Assembly (NCBI GenBank): GCA_907165135.1
Contig: OU015567.1
Span: 10,416,001-10,480,000, forward strand
Length of the DNA stretch: 64,000 bases
Direction: 5' to 3'
Origin: Oikopleura dioica
Lineage: Eukaryota > Animalia > Chordata
Shown: piece by piece, positions 25,916 through 39,285 of the stretch
Position numbering within the stretch: the first letter of the stretch is position 1
Layout of the letters: every line of letters starts with the position of its first letter
Program-made: the position numbers and the translations under genes
Notes under the pieces: model-generated
What the model was told of the DNA's origin: nothing
Database searches by the model: none
The model's input: the letters and a program-made list of their open reading frames with translations, nothing else

Positions 25916-26600
25916 ATGGATGCAAAGCTGCTTGAGAACGCAAAAACTTTGTTTCGGTAGAAACATCAGTTAACTTCAAATAAAACATAATTCTTAAATT
26001 TTTCTAGATCAAAAATTCTAAGAAATACTTTTACTTAGTTACCAATAAGATCACGATTCTCTTACGCAACTTGGACTCTTCCATGCTCTGCTGTAAGCGA
26101 AAGAAGAAGAAGAAGCCTGAGAATGATTTGAAGCAAAGAACGAAGAATCTCAGGGACTCGCCTGAAACTGTTATGAAACGCTATCAACAAAGTCATTAGT
26201 TTCAGAAGAAAATTATGTTTATGATAGCGTCCAAAGATCAAATTTGATCCTTCCAACTCGCGAAGATACAAAGATCTCCCAAAGTAAAACTACTGCAAGG
26301 CACCAGTGATTTTAGACCGAAATTATTTAGACTTGAAGAAGATCCGCTATTGGAAGAAGTTTCCGAATTGAGTGGAAAGGAACTACTCGGCATTTCAGCA
26401 GAACAAAAACAGACGATCATCGACAATTTAAGATATGAAACCCCAGATGGCTTTTCTTCAGATTTGGAAGAAGACAGCTCCTACGAATCATACCGACTCT
26501 TTTGTAGTCTGCCAGACAAGCTTTATCCTGTGTTAGGTTTGTCAGATTCCCTTCCTTATTTTCATCCATCATTCAGAGGCGAGCAAGGTGTATCCTAAAG
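25916..26600 (+). CDS. Hypothetical protein, divergent from ATL; exon structure unresolved
   Basis: ATG-exon-GT pattern at 25916 and an acidic ORF at 26350-26598. No recognisable domain. Confidence 0.3.
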
Positions 26601-26993
26601 AATTGATGAGACCGGAGAAATCTGAAGAGACCGAAAAAGAAGCAATTTCCGAGAAACATGGGTATTCAAGCAGATTCAAATTTCTCAACAAAAGAAAAGG
26701 AGAAGACGAAAAAGGATGTCGGCAACTATGAGACGATCGTCCTCAGCTGAGAAATGTTAGAATTCATGGTTAACGGTCTCATCTTACTTATTTTAAAACT
26801 AAATAAAATTGATTTGTAAAATTTGCGTCAGAATGTGGGGAATGTTTTAGTGTTCCTGATCCTTCACTCAACGCCTCCTTTGAATTTGCTAGATGCGCTA
26901 ATGTGCGAATGTAAATCGACTTTTAGAAGTTGATGGGGCGGCAGTATTCAGAAGAGAAAGTAACGCATTAGGGAGAAGGTGTTTATTGCAGAG

Positions 26994-28055
26994 TCAATGA
27001 TCGCACAGCGCGTGAGCCAGGACTGGTGAAAACTCGAATTTAGATTGTTTGGAAATCATTTTACCTCGGCGATTCGGACATTCGGGGCTCGTCGAAGATG
27101 GCGTTTTGTCTTTTAGCGGAGTCATTGGTCTCGGACTGGCGTGACTGCGGCAACTAGCATTTCCTCGCGTTTTCACTCGCAGACGAGCATGAATTGGCAC
27201 GTCTTCTGAGGCTTGTTTTGAGCTTGCGAGATTCTTTGAAAATGCGTTATTTGAGCGTGTCATATGCTTAAATTACCGGAGAAGGAACTGTACTTGATCG
27301 CTGTGGTTTGAAATGAACAGGTCTGTTTTGGGCGACTTGGAATTGTTGAAAATATAACTGAGAGGAATTTTCTCATACCGTTTCGCTGAATTCTTCCGAT
27401 TGTCTGTGCGGTTCTTATTGCCTTTGGACAGTTTTTTTTTGAGAATTTTCAAAAATAAAGAAACGGTCACCTCAAATGAAAATCATTTGTGAGACTTGTT
27501 TGGCCTCGGGATCTACCAAATGACGTCTCTGTAATTTCACACGATGTGGTGAAAGATTTGATTAAACTGTTCCTGAAACTGATCGCATATTGATTGACGC
27601 GCTTTTGCTAGTGAATTGACGCGTTTGAGTGAGAACTTACGCTCAGGAACGCGTTGTTCTGTAATTGCCAGATTTTTTGGCTCTAGAATGGTCAAAAAAT
27701 ATGACGTGCCTAAAAACGTCAAAGGTAGACAATTTCCAGTGCCACCGAAGCGGTAATTACGGGGTCGTTTTCACGTCCGATTCTCAAGTGTAAACCGTTT
27801 ACAGTAAACGGAGATAAGGAGCTTTGCATGAGCTCCGCTCCAAAGAGTTTTGAGTCAAAATTTTCACTTGACATTTCTGTAAATATTTTTGACCAAGCCT
27901 TTTTCTTTGAGAAGAATTTCATCGCTGACTCTGCAAGATCGCTGATTTTCTTTGAAAAACTTGTCTCTTCCTTTTTGTTTTCATTTTTCTTCCTTCGGTC
28001 TCTGTTATTTTTTCGCTCCTTGTCTCTTGAACTTAGCATTTTGTGAATAAGGTGA
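26994..28055 (-). CDS. Hypothetical basic/Ser-rich protein
   Basis: ORF fragments 27719-28108 and 26994-27263 separated by intron-like AT-rich segments. Confidence 0.3.
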
Positions 28056-28408
28056 AATAGTGGTCTCAAAAGTGAGATTTTTCTGATGTTGAATGGCAGT
28101 TCCAACACTAGAATCGCACGTCGTTGGCACCAGTAGCAAACTCAGATTTATTGTGACCATCTTTGACAGCAGTGAAGCAAACACCTTGAAGACAGCCGTA
28201 AATCCTCCCCATCAAAGCTGAGTGAGCGAATACTAATTAATTTCACTAGATATACTCTTGATGAAATTTCTGTCAAGGTGATTGGCAAAAATGATTTTTA
28301 AGTCGTCTCATTTTCAATAGTTTTTCGATGTTTTTCGTGGAAATATTTTTACTGAATTTTATTCGATTCGGTTGAACAGAATGAAAATAAGAAGTACAGT
28401 GAATAAGT

Positions 28409-29347
28409 TTAGCATTGCCCACAGTCGGCGTCTAATTGAGCCCCAGAATCATCAAGGAGACAAATCGACAAGTTGCATTCAATATCAAGCGAACTAGCTT
28501 CATCAGCCAAGGTGAAGGACTTGAAGCCGAAGCTATAAATTCCACTGTTCTCTGCAGTGGCAGGAGAGACTTCGCCGATACCAAGGATGGCCATCGCTCC
28601 AGCCTTGATGCCCTCGTCACATTGCTTAACAAATTTAGAATAAGATTTGAGTTGTTAATTATACCGAAAGAATCTCAATCGTTTTGTCGCCTTGACTGGC
28701 GGTACAAGATGTAAGTCGGTAGTTGTGGCTCGCTTCGAGGCTAGAGGTGGTTCGAATGTAAACCTCGTCACCGAGCGAGACTTCTTCTTTATTTTCAAGT
28801 GCAGAATCGGAGAACCAGTCCATTAAGAACTTATCATTGAACTAAAAACGAATTGAAAAAGCCTATAAACATATCAACTTACATTTCCGACGGTTCCGGT
28901 GACGTTGCCGTAGTCGACATCAGGAGTATCAACGTCGAAATTGACCGATTCGAGAGTTGTTGTGGAGCTGTACTCGCACTCAACTTCGAACGATAAAACA
29001 GGCGTAAGAACAATGTCTGTTCCTTGCACCTCTGTCGAAGCTGCTGAGTCAACGCCTTTGACGTAAAAGGCAACGAAGATGTCTTCATCTTGAGTAAATC
29101 TTCCTCCACAGGCGTTGAGGTCGAAGGTTTCTGAGATGGTGTTGTTGGCATCTGGTCTGTTGCTGCCAGTGCAGTCCCCGAATTCGATTCGGGCGTTGTC
29201 GTGATAGTCTTCGGGGAGATTCTCGTAAAGATGATCGACGAGAACGCTGACTGTCACTTGAGAGCTTCCACAGGTGATTGCGATGTCTGCTGGCAGGCAA
29301 CCATCAGCAGCGATAGTCCAGGCGTTGTTCGGACAAGCAGCTGCCAT
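28409..29347 (-). CDS. Zona pellucida (ZP) domain extracellular-matrix protein
   Basis: ZP-N cysteine pattern (ITCGSSQVTVSV, FDLNACG, FEVECEY) and ZP-C features (LGDEVYI, FGFKSFTL, IECNLSICL...C..C). Short introns. Confidence 0.8.
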
Positions 29348-29886
29348 TTTCTCTCTTTTTCAATATTCTTTATGAAAATGGTATCTCCACTCACGTTTTA
29401 TACCGATGGAGAAAGCGCTCGAGGCTGTTGTAAACTGCTGAGTTTGTTATTTAACGTGCTCAGCACCGCCAACTTGCACCTGAGACACCTGGATTTGCAT
29501 TCGTAGGGTGCCATTTTGTGGTTAAAGTAATTCGAAAGTATTTACTAATAAATACTTCAGGTCAGTTGTGGTATGTTTAACTCTGAAATTCTGAGTCTAA
29601 ATTCTTTCAATAAATTATTGACAATAATATTTCCCTGTTATTTTTCATGATATCTTTATTTTTAGAGAATGAAAGAAGTTGGTAATTTGACACAAGAAAA
29701 CGCTTTTCTTGCGAGAGGTTCAAGTTCAAGAATATATGAAAGAGTCGCATCTTCGTTGAAATACTCCCATTTATCTTCAGTCTCAAATTTTCCGAATATC
29801 AGAAGACCATCATTCCAAGGGATCATCGAGTGGGTGTCTCTAGCAACTATTTTTTTATAAAACTTATTCAGCTAAACAGCATATGC

Positions 29887-30780
29887 TATATATAGGGACT
29901 ATCACGGGAGCGCGAGGGCCCAATTTTTGCTTTCCCAACTACCCTAAATAGTCATCGATTTTTCTTGTTTTTTCAGACAACATATGTTTTCTTACCTGCT
30001 GATTCCAAATATGATTGAAAAATTGGCAAAAAAATATTGAATATTATGAAAAACACGAAATTTATCTTTCAAAGAGGTGAATTATATAGACCATGCCTTG
30101 CCAGGTCACTCTTTTTTCGATATATTCTCTATCAGACACTTCCCTTGAATCTCTGAAAAAATATTTTTACTTGGGCGTACTAGCCGCTTGAAATCTTCAG
30201 ATAACTAGAGGCATGTCGCAACTCGCGCGACGCGGGGCACCGCGCGAAGGGCCTGGAGCAGCATCGCCCGCAGCGAGGGCCGAACCTTTCGGTGGAAGGT
30301 GACAAAATGAGTGGTTCGATTTCTTGCTGCAAGTTCTTGAGCATTTTGATTTAATGATAACAGCTGTTTTTACTGCCTAATACTGATCAAAATAAACTAT
30401 TTATTCTTATTTCCGCTCAGTGAATTGATTAAGATTAGCGCGCCTCGCTGTGAGACAGCGCTAAAAATAAATGCTTGTTCTGAGAGCTTTTCAGGCTTAT
30501 TAAAGGCTTAAATAGTGAGCTCTTTCGAGAAAATATCACGAGAAAGAGGTTTGATGGCAAGATTACTTTATTCAAACCATTTTTGAATGAAATAAATAAC
30601 CTGAAAGGCTAGTATAAGGGTGCCATCTTCGAAAGTTTGAAGCGCTCTCACGCGCCACCATGTGGATTTATGTAAAAATTAAGTACATATTTGGAATCAG
30701 CGAAAAAAACTGTACTAGATGATAAATTTTCATAGTTATCGGAGCACCTTGATTTTTCCGTGAAAGTCCCTAGCTATATA
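29887..30780. mobile_element. MITE-like element (~0.9 kb) in a TA-rich target
   Basis: Terminal inverted repeat TAGGGACT(A/T)TCACGG plus an inner inverted repeat GCTGATTCCAAATATG (~29998 and ~30700). Exact ends and TSD are ambiguous within TATA runs. Confidence 0.65.
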
Positions 30781-30799
30781 CTATATGTACTTTTCATAT

Positions 30800-32457
30800 T
30801 TCCAGCAAGCACCCATTCGCCAACAGGCTCATCATTTTGAAATCGTAGTTTAAAGACAGCGGTTGACGACTTTCCACCCGCATATCCTCCAGAGACGTAA
30901 ATGAAATTATTTGTCTCAATGGCCATGAAAATAGTAAGAGATCATTAGGTTTTCATGATATTTATCCATGGCCAAGTCATTGCAAGGGAAGAAATAGCGT
31001 CTGGAAGGAGGCGTGTCAACTGCCATCTTCTCCCATCGAAACGGTTGATCTCGACTGCATCAGTTTTTGGGTTTCCTCCAGCAATTACCACGGGCTATTT
31101 TGTAGTTTTGATGATATTCGAGGAAACGATCATTACCTTTCTCGCAGACGAATCATTTGGGTCGACCAGAGAAACCATATCCGCTAATGAATGGCCATGC
31201 AACATTGTCTCCCAGGCGCTTGTGCTTGGAGAAGACGAGCCAGGAGTGATTTTCCAACATTTTTTCGTAAAGCTGACAGAGTTTCTGAAATACGCGCCGC
31301 AAACAGTACTGAGTTCTCATTTGATAAAAGCTCGTTCTATACAATAAAATATGAACTCTTTCTATAATAAACTCGTTTGCAACTGCGGCACAGGAATGTT
31401 TCTAAATGCTTTAATATAGGATGTTATTGTTTTACTTACAAGCAGATTCAGGGAGATTCCATTGTCGAAGGTCCTCATTTCTTGCTCGCCACTTCTTATT
31501 TCGCTGATAGAATTTCTTTCAATTATGAAGACGCTATCTTTCACAAGAACGCTGCAGTGGTAATACAATACGTTTGATGTTTGGCCAGCAAGTTTATGAT
31601 CTTTGCTTAAATTATTACGTTCAAGATGAATTGATATTTCTAGCCTACTTGTATAGATGCGAAAGTTTCATCGTATTGAGATCAAGTTGGTCAAAAGTGT
31701 GAGCATGACCTTCGCCTCCGATAATTATCAAATTTGTTTTATTCTCTTCGCGTTCATCTTCGGTTTCTTCATCTTCACTAACAGGAGTCATCGTAGAATT
31801 CATTATATCGCCATAAATATCGTCATAGAATCGTAAAGTCTTTCTTTCCTGGAGCTTTCTTCTAAGAGCATCTAGTTCCATTTTAAATACATTTTCTTTT
31901 TGCTTCAATTCTGCCTTGAGCGCGACAACTTCTTCTTCAACATTTTTCACTTTTTTATTCGCACGTCTGCTTGAAGTTTTCAGTGCCTCAAGAAGTTCGG
32001 TTTTTTCTTGTTGAAGAATCTCGGTCATTCGACTCTCGGCTTTCCCGATTTGATCACTCACGTCAGGAGCTCCCATTGAGCTTCCTCTTAATTCATCAAA
32101 TTTTCTCATTTTTTCCATGATTCCCATTTCATAGAGGCTGTTAAGTAGTGGCATGAATGAGATCATCTGATTCTTAAAAACTCTCATTTCGGCTCTGAAA
32201 TCGTCATCCTCTTCGTTGGATGGAAGACTGTCTTCCCCACTGCCCATTTCATTTTCAGAGAATCCTAAGTCTTCTAGTATCTCCAATCGTTCTTCTAAAG
32301 ACTCATCTGTCCTCGATAATTCTCGCTCGTTTTCAAGAATATCTTCGAACCGGTTTTCAACTGAGAGTGCAAGTTCGGTCAAATTCTGTATGTCATTAAA
32401 GTCATCTGATTCCACTTTGACAGTAAATATCTCGAGTTTGGATTTACTATGCCGCAT
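30800..32457 (-). CDS. Coiled-coil + kelch-like propeller protein, tandem copy A
   Basis: N-terminal coiled coil, then TNLIIIGG..TFDQLDLNTMK, HCSVLVKD..FII, VVIAGGNP and YVSGG blades. Confidence 0.65.
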
Positions 32458-32719
32458 AGTCTATGCGCCTATTGCACTGTAAAATATGCTAGCTTAAATC
32501 CGTTCCGATAATAGAAAATAACAAAATGCAAGAATCATTTTCCTCTTAGTCTCTCTTTGCAGAATCTTCAGTAAGGCTTAAATTGATAAGTCAGATGATC
32601 TGACCACTGGTCAGTGACTTTGTTTGTTGAAATAGGTAAATTGTTTTTCCACTACTGCTACATGAACTTCAATGAGAATCGAAGAAAGTATTTTATTGGG
32701 AGTTTTTTATGGATATTTT

Positions 32720-35480
32720 TTAAATAATAAATGTAGGAGAAGCAAGAACATATGAAAAGTGTAGTCTCGCGACGGGCGGAATATCTAAGAATTCCGATCG
32801 AGAAGCATCCTCGTTGAAGTACTCCCATCTATCGCTGTTGGTTTCGTATTTTCCGAAAATGACCAGGCCATCATTCCATGCAACCATGGCGTGAGAGTCT
32901 CGAGCGACTAAAATGATGAGTTGGCAACATATTCTAGCTTGACTTGTTCTAGTTTTCTCGTTGACCCAGGGATGTTCCGAGAAATATAATACAAAGTGCA
33001 CTTCATTTGAACAGGACGTCTAGCTGACATCATGTCCAAAGAATTTCTGTTAGAATGTTGATGATTTCTGCAAAACTCACGTTTCATGCTGCCAGCTTCA
33101 AGCCAATTTCCAATCGGTTTATTATTTTCGAATTCAAGTTTGTAGACTTTAGATGACGATGATTTGGGACTTTCGGTATATCCACCAGAGACGTAGAGAG
33201 TATTTTTGCTCTTATCGGCCATGATAACTAATTTTCTTAATTGAAAATAAAATTAAATTAAACTCCGTGGCCAAGTCATAGCTAGAGAAGAAGATGCTTT
33301 AGGTAAAGAGTTCATTGTTCGCCAGCCTGCTCCATCGTGGTGATTTATTTCAACCTTGTTAGTTCTTGGTTTCAACCCTCCGGCTATAACGAGAGGCTTT
33401 TCCAGGTCATCAGTATAATTTTCTAATTTTAATTTTCTAATTTGAATTTCTTATTGACCATAAACTGACGCAAGGATGGATTTTGTTCATCAACTAACGA
33501 AACCATGGCGGCAGAATAATGCCCGTGAGAGGTGGAGTCCCACGTAAATGTCCTTGGATGATCAGACCCAGGAATTATTTTCCAGCATTTTCTTATAGAA
33601 CTATATTGTCGAGATTGTGGACAACACGCAATGTTGGGTTGATATTTTCTATAAACATTATATTCCAGTTTTGTCGATTGACGTCCAGTCATTCTTTATA
33701 AAATCAAACCCAATTACATGAATGAATACATAAATGTATAAACTAAAAATACCAACAAAAAATAATTTCAACCCTGTCTATAATGAAATCATTTGCAACT
33801 GGCGAACACGAATGTCTCTGAAATAATAGCTCATTGAAAGCCAAACTTGAACAGGCTTACTCGAAGATGAGGAGCAACATCTCGAATGCTATGCCTTCTC
33901 ATTTCTTGTTCCCCGCTTCTTATTTCACGAATCAGATGTCCGCCAATGATAAACATGTTGTCTTTTACAAGTACACTGCAGAAGTGTATTAATGGATCGC
34001 TTCGACTATGTCCATTCAGCGGCTGATCTCTCCTGAAGATTACATAGTGAATACTGAAAACTTTAGAGTCTAATATTGAGAAGACTTGCCCGTAAATATG
34101 TGCAGTCTTCATAGTATTGAGATCAAGTTTATCGAAAGTAAACTCATAATGGTTGCCACCGATGATGATCAAATTCGTTTTGATATTCGTTCTCTTCGAA
34201 CATACATTTGCTAAGCACGTTCCACAGTCCCCACAGTGCTCGTCTCGTAGACAGAATGAGTCGGAAATCGAGTCACAAGACAACTCGGATTTTAAGCGCT
34301 CGTCTTTCGTCGTGCATTCCACGAAACACTCCTTTTCTTCAATTTGGGAATTTGAACTGATTATAAATGGATTTTAAATATATCTTTTATGCCTCTTTTG
34401 CTTAACATTTTAAATCCATTATCATATTCTTTACACGTCAGCTTGCACTTTTTCTCCTTATCTTCAACATTATTATTGCCAGCTGTGTCCTTCCTTCTCT
34501 ATCGATTGTTTAAGTTGCTCAAGCTCTTGTTGAACTTTTTCCACACTTCTAGCTGCTCGTCTACTCTTTTCTTCTGCCTTTTCCACCATCTCGAGAAGAT
34601 CCGCCTTCTCTTTTTGAAAGTTTTCTTCCATGCGTTTCATTCTCTCTTCAGTTATGAGTTTTGACGACTCTACGATCTCCAAGCGATTTAAAATCTTCAG
34701 TAATTGACTTTGAATTTGAAAGTTTTGATCGTTTTGCGAGTTTTGCTCGCTTGAGTTTTGTAGTGTCGCTATTTTCTCGTCAATTTCTCTGAATTTCTCG
34801 GTGAAATCGTCATACTTTTCATCAATAATTTTTTCCATTCGAGTCTCTTGCAAAAGCATCTCTCTTTTGAATTAGCAAAGTCTTCTTCAAGAGCTTCTGT
34901 TTCTTCACCCAAATAGGTAAGCGTCGCGTTGAATGATTCTAGGCTATCTCGTGTCTTCGCCTGATCTTCATAGATGCCAACTTTCAGTTTACGAAAGTCA
35001 GATCTTCTCTCGCCGACTTCTTCAAGAACATTATTCAATGTATCATTAACAGAGTTCAGCTGCATTTCGAGTGAGTTGTATACTTCATTTTCGGATTGCA
35101 CTTCTGCGCGGAGATTTTCGATCTCTTCCTTGATTGCAGTTTCTTTTTCGTTGAGCAGCCCCAGGTCCGTTTCGATCTTATCAAACTCAAGCTGATCTCT
35201 TCAATGAACCTATACATTTGATTTGGAATTAACATAGATATAATATGGGCCCTTTCCCACTACCATTAGCTTCCACGTCAAGAAGTGCCTCTTCTATAAA
35301 CTCGAGTTGATCTTCTATAAAAGCGTCTTTTTCGACAGCTCTAATGCATTACTGTAAATTCCATCAAGTTGAACTTCCACTGACATCGCTAATTCCTCGA
35401 TATCAGTAAAGTTTTTCGATTTTGCATTGATGAGAGGCTCGAATGATTACAAACTTTTTTCTATAAAAATCACTGATGTT
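32720..35480 (-). CDS. Coiled-coil + kelch-like propeller protein, tandem copy B (extra Cys-rich insert)
   Basis: Shares with copy A: ELAMSVE/ELALSVE, TNLIIIGG..TFDKLDLNTMK, CSVLVKD..FII and EIRSGEQEMR. Unique CDSISDSFCLRDEHCGDCGTC segment. Confidence 0.65.
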
Positions 35481-35751
35481 TTGTAATCCTCCCCATAGTA
35501 TCAGACCAGGAATCTTCATTGTGAATTTTCTCTATCTTTTATAAATATAAAGAGAATGTGAAGTTCGACGTTATATTTGTTTGTGTAATTAGCCACGTGA
35601 TTGATTGGGCCATATTCTTTTATCGTCAACGTTTGCTATTCTTAGACAAGGATGGATGCATCGAATTTTATTGAAGGAGAATAAAGAATGAAGAGGAAGG
35701 ATTCAGTTATGATTTGCGGACATGATTTGTTTGCTTTTATGGAGTGTTTCT

Positions 35752-36230
35752 TTAGACGCGGAGGAAAGCGGCGACGGCGATCAGAGGAAGAGTCATTTCA
35801 ATCGTGCCAGCACCAGATGATGGCGCTTGGGTCGTGGTTGGAGCCCGTGTTGTTGTTGTAGTGGTTGTAGTCGTTGTGGTAGTGGTGGTAGTGGTTGGAG
35901 TAGTGGTTGTAGTTGTTGGAGTAGTCGTGGTCGTAGTAGTTGGAGTGGTAGTGGTTGTTGTTGTTGGAGTAGTGGTGGTGGTTGTGGTTGTGGTAGTAGG
36001 AGTTGTAGTGGTGGTTGGAGCTGGAGTTGAAGTGAGTGGCATAGTTGGCGGCTCAGTCGGCTCCAAGGTAACTGCTCCCGGCTCTGGGTTAGGATCTTTT
36101 ACTGGCTCAAAGAATATTCTACCCGATATGTCAAAAATTTAGCATTATTTCTTGAGCCCATGCCCATGGCGCCTCCCATAGCAGCAGCATCAGCAAGAGC
36201 AAAAGCGGCAAAAACTCGGAAAATTTTCAT
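35752..36230 (-). CDS. Small secreted Thr-rich mucin-like protein, probably GPI-anchored
   Basis: Signal-like MKIFRVFAAFALADA, a (T)nP tract, and SSGAGT followed by a hydrophobic tail. One missing T near 36135 joins the two ORFs. Confidence 0.75.
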
Positions 36231-36850
36231 CTCAAGAAAATTTTCGTCAAAATCTTTGTTAATTCTTAGAGTTCCAAATTCTAGCATCTCCAGTTTATAT
36301 CCTGATTGAATGTGATTTTAGTTGACAACTTGTTAGTTTTAGAGATGTTCTCACGGAGGGTTTTATGGAGATAATTGACTTAGTACAAAACATCTATTTT
36401 TATAGAGAGGTACGTCTATTATGATTTCGGTAACCTCGAGTTTAATCCACCAAATTGGTGTTTTCAAATTCAATAATCATGATTTCAGCCCTCGAAATAT
36501 CGAAGTAAATTTATTAAAAATCATTTATTTACAGAGACGTCAAAATCATTTCCTGTCACTCTTTCAATGAAAGAATAATACGCTGTAATCGTTGAATAAA
36601 AATTCAAAATGAGTGATAAAGGGTCAAAATCAGGCATTATTTTTTCAAGAGATATTCTCTGGGGACTCTTTAGCTTGGGAAGATCAAAGAATGAGAATAA
36701 CGAAAAGCAGAAGAACAAAATAATTATAAGAAATAAACAGAAGAACAAAACATAAAATTATTCACAAGTATATTTATTAAATCTTTCAGACTTAAGACAT
36801 TAGAATGAACAAGTTGTTTTAATTGCATTTGTTGAAAGAAACATCTCTCT

Positions 36851-38676
36851 TTACATGTTGAAAATTGTATTGACATCGCTCTCCATGCAAATGTCGTCGA
36901 GCTCAAAGTTATCCAAGGTTGAAATGCTATCGAAACCTTCGTCAGCAGTGGAAGGGGAGGGATGGGGACTATCAAAGATTTCTGCAGAAAAGTTTAGCTT
37001 TTGTAGGAAAATTGATATGAATACCTGAGTTAGAAGGACTGGCGCAGGATGAAAAATCATTTTCAGAAGGTGGTTTTGAGAACATTGCGGAAAAGAGCTC
37101 GTTATCACTGTGGCTATCTGGAATATTGTCCAAAGAGATCGAAGGGAGGCGAATAATTGGTTCGACTTTTGGCTCTTCTAATGATGTAAAAGTAAGTTTG
37201 GGCTATCAAGTTGAAGCTTACTCTTTGGAAAGATGATTCGAGCAAGCTCAGGGAATTTTTCGCAAATGATCAAATCTTGGCAGAACGAGTTTGTTGCGGA
37301 TTGTCGGATTTTGTCGAAGTTTGGAACTTGATAGTTTGCTTCAAGTCGTACATTTGGAGGGCAGGTAAGAGAGGGTCGAAAGAGTTCTGGTCGAACATGA
37401 GGCCCTAGAAAACCGTTTATGAGACTCTTATAGAAATAATGTTTTTCGTACATGTTTGGTTATTATCTTGTTTATAATAAATATCGTTATTGTTTGATGG
37501 AGTCGTATCAATAACCCAGAAAGCACTTTCTCCTCGAGTGTGGTTCGGAACGCGCTTAATTTTGAGTTAGAACTTCCAATCGGACTATCTTCACACTGGG
37601 TGTAGCGCCCGGCTCGGTCAAAGTCTCACCTTGAACATTTCGTGAAGTGATAGATTGTGACGGATGGAGTTTTTCCACGAGTTAGTACTGGGACAGCCCG
37701 GACCACCGTTAGGACCGAATTCTCGGACATTTCTGAAACTTGTTTAGAAAAAGAAAGTTCATTGGTCAAGTCAATATTTGCATTTAGAGGATTACCGTAC
37801 CGCCCGCCTGTTTGGCTTGTCTATCAGTGATCATATTTACTTCCATACTATTGGGGGGAAAATACTGTACTATCGATACTGTACTTCAATCACCTCCCTA
37901 TGCTTTCAAATTAAAAGTTTCAATGAGTTTTAGCTCGTTTACTTTGCATCAAAGTTCGCAAACTACCTCCCGACAAGGGAAAAGTACTTGCATCGAATCA
38001 ATGTTTATCCCGCTGTAGCAGGACAAACCTGCTTTATTGATATTTGTCAAACTCTTTGAGAAAAAAAAGACAACTTGAAAAATCCCCTCGAAGTGAGATT
38101 CTGTAAATAACGATAACCGGCTTTCATCGGGATGGAAACATATTTAGGTCATTTTGTAGCTGTTTCTTACCGGCTCATCCAGTGGTAAATCTGACGAAGT
38201 GTCATCCTAGAATCCTTTGAAGATTTGATTGCTTCGACAATCAGTTCTGCGTATGTCATTCTACGACCATTATAAACTCCGGGGGACTGATTTCCTCCTC
38301 TTCGTTGTTTTCTGAATTTTGTAATAGGCAAAAAAAAAAATGCACCTCACAAACCTGGAGCTGTTGTCATTGACCGAGGGATAAGGCGAAAATTCGTTGA
38401 TGGTTGATGATCTTGGGCGGATAACTTGGTGAGTTCTTTCCGTCCGATTGTGGTAGATTTCGTATGATCCGACAGATTGAGGTCTTGGCTGTTCAATGGG
38501 GATTGTAATTTCGTTGTTGGAAGGGGAAGAGCCGGCGAGGTCAGATAGAACGAGAACTGAAAAATTCCAAATTTGAAATTTGAGTTATTCCATACCGAAT
38601 TCTTCCGTCACATTAGTTGGTTGATCGATTCCGATTTCATTGTATTCAAAGGTTTCGGGGTCTTCTTCGAAAGGCC
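36851..38676 (-). CDS. FoxO: Forkhead transcription factor, FoxO-like (5' end upstream or in gap)
   Basis: Manually spliced: MTYAELIVEAIKSSKDSRMTLRQIYHWMSR / NVREFGPNGGPGCPSTNSWKNSIRHNLSLHEMFK / RVPNHTRGESAFWVID. N-terminal RPRSST and C-terminal MESDVNTIF resemble FoxO CR1 and CR3. GT-AG introns. Confidence 0.82.
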
Positions 38677-38785
38677 TGATATAGAATTATTAATTCAATG
38701 GAACATTCAAGTGCGAGAAAATTCTTTTCAAATAAGATGCTCCGCAGTGTCCGGAGATTTTTATTACTTTGATAATTAAGGGCTG

Positions 38786-39285
38786 NNNNNNNNNNNNNNN
38801 NNNNNNNNNNNNNNNNNNNNNNNNNNNNNNNNNNNNNNNNNNNNNNNNNNNNNNNNNNNNNNNNNNNNNNNNNNNNNNNNNNNNNNNNNNNNNNNNNNNN
38901 NNNNNNNNNNNNNNNNNNNNNNNNNNNNNNNNNNNNNNNNNNNNNNNNNNNNNNNNNNNNNNNNNNNNNNNNNNNNNNNNNNNNNNNNNNNNNNNNNNNN
39001 NNNNNNNNNNNNNNNNNNNNNNNNNNNNNNNNNNNNNNNNNNNNNNNNNNNNNNNNNNNNNNNNNNNNNNNNNNNNNNNNNNNNNNNNNNNNNNNNNNNN
39101 NNNNNNNNNNNNNNNNNNNNNNNNNNNNNNNNNNNNNNNNNNNNNNNNNNNNNNNNNNNNNNNNNNNNNNNNNNNNNNNNNNNNNNNNNNNNNNNNNNNN
39201 NNNNNNNNNNNNNNNNNNNNNNNNNNNNNNNNNNNNNNNNNNNNNNNNNNNNNNNNNNNNNNNNNNNNNNNNNNNNNNNNNNNNN
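38786..39285. other. Assembly gap (500 N)
   Basis: Run of N. Confidence 1.

Noticed and set aside
35804-36142. Val-rich and Cys/Ser/Gly-rich plus-strand ORFs
   Set aside because: These are antisense shadows of the Thr-rich mucin-like repeat.
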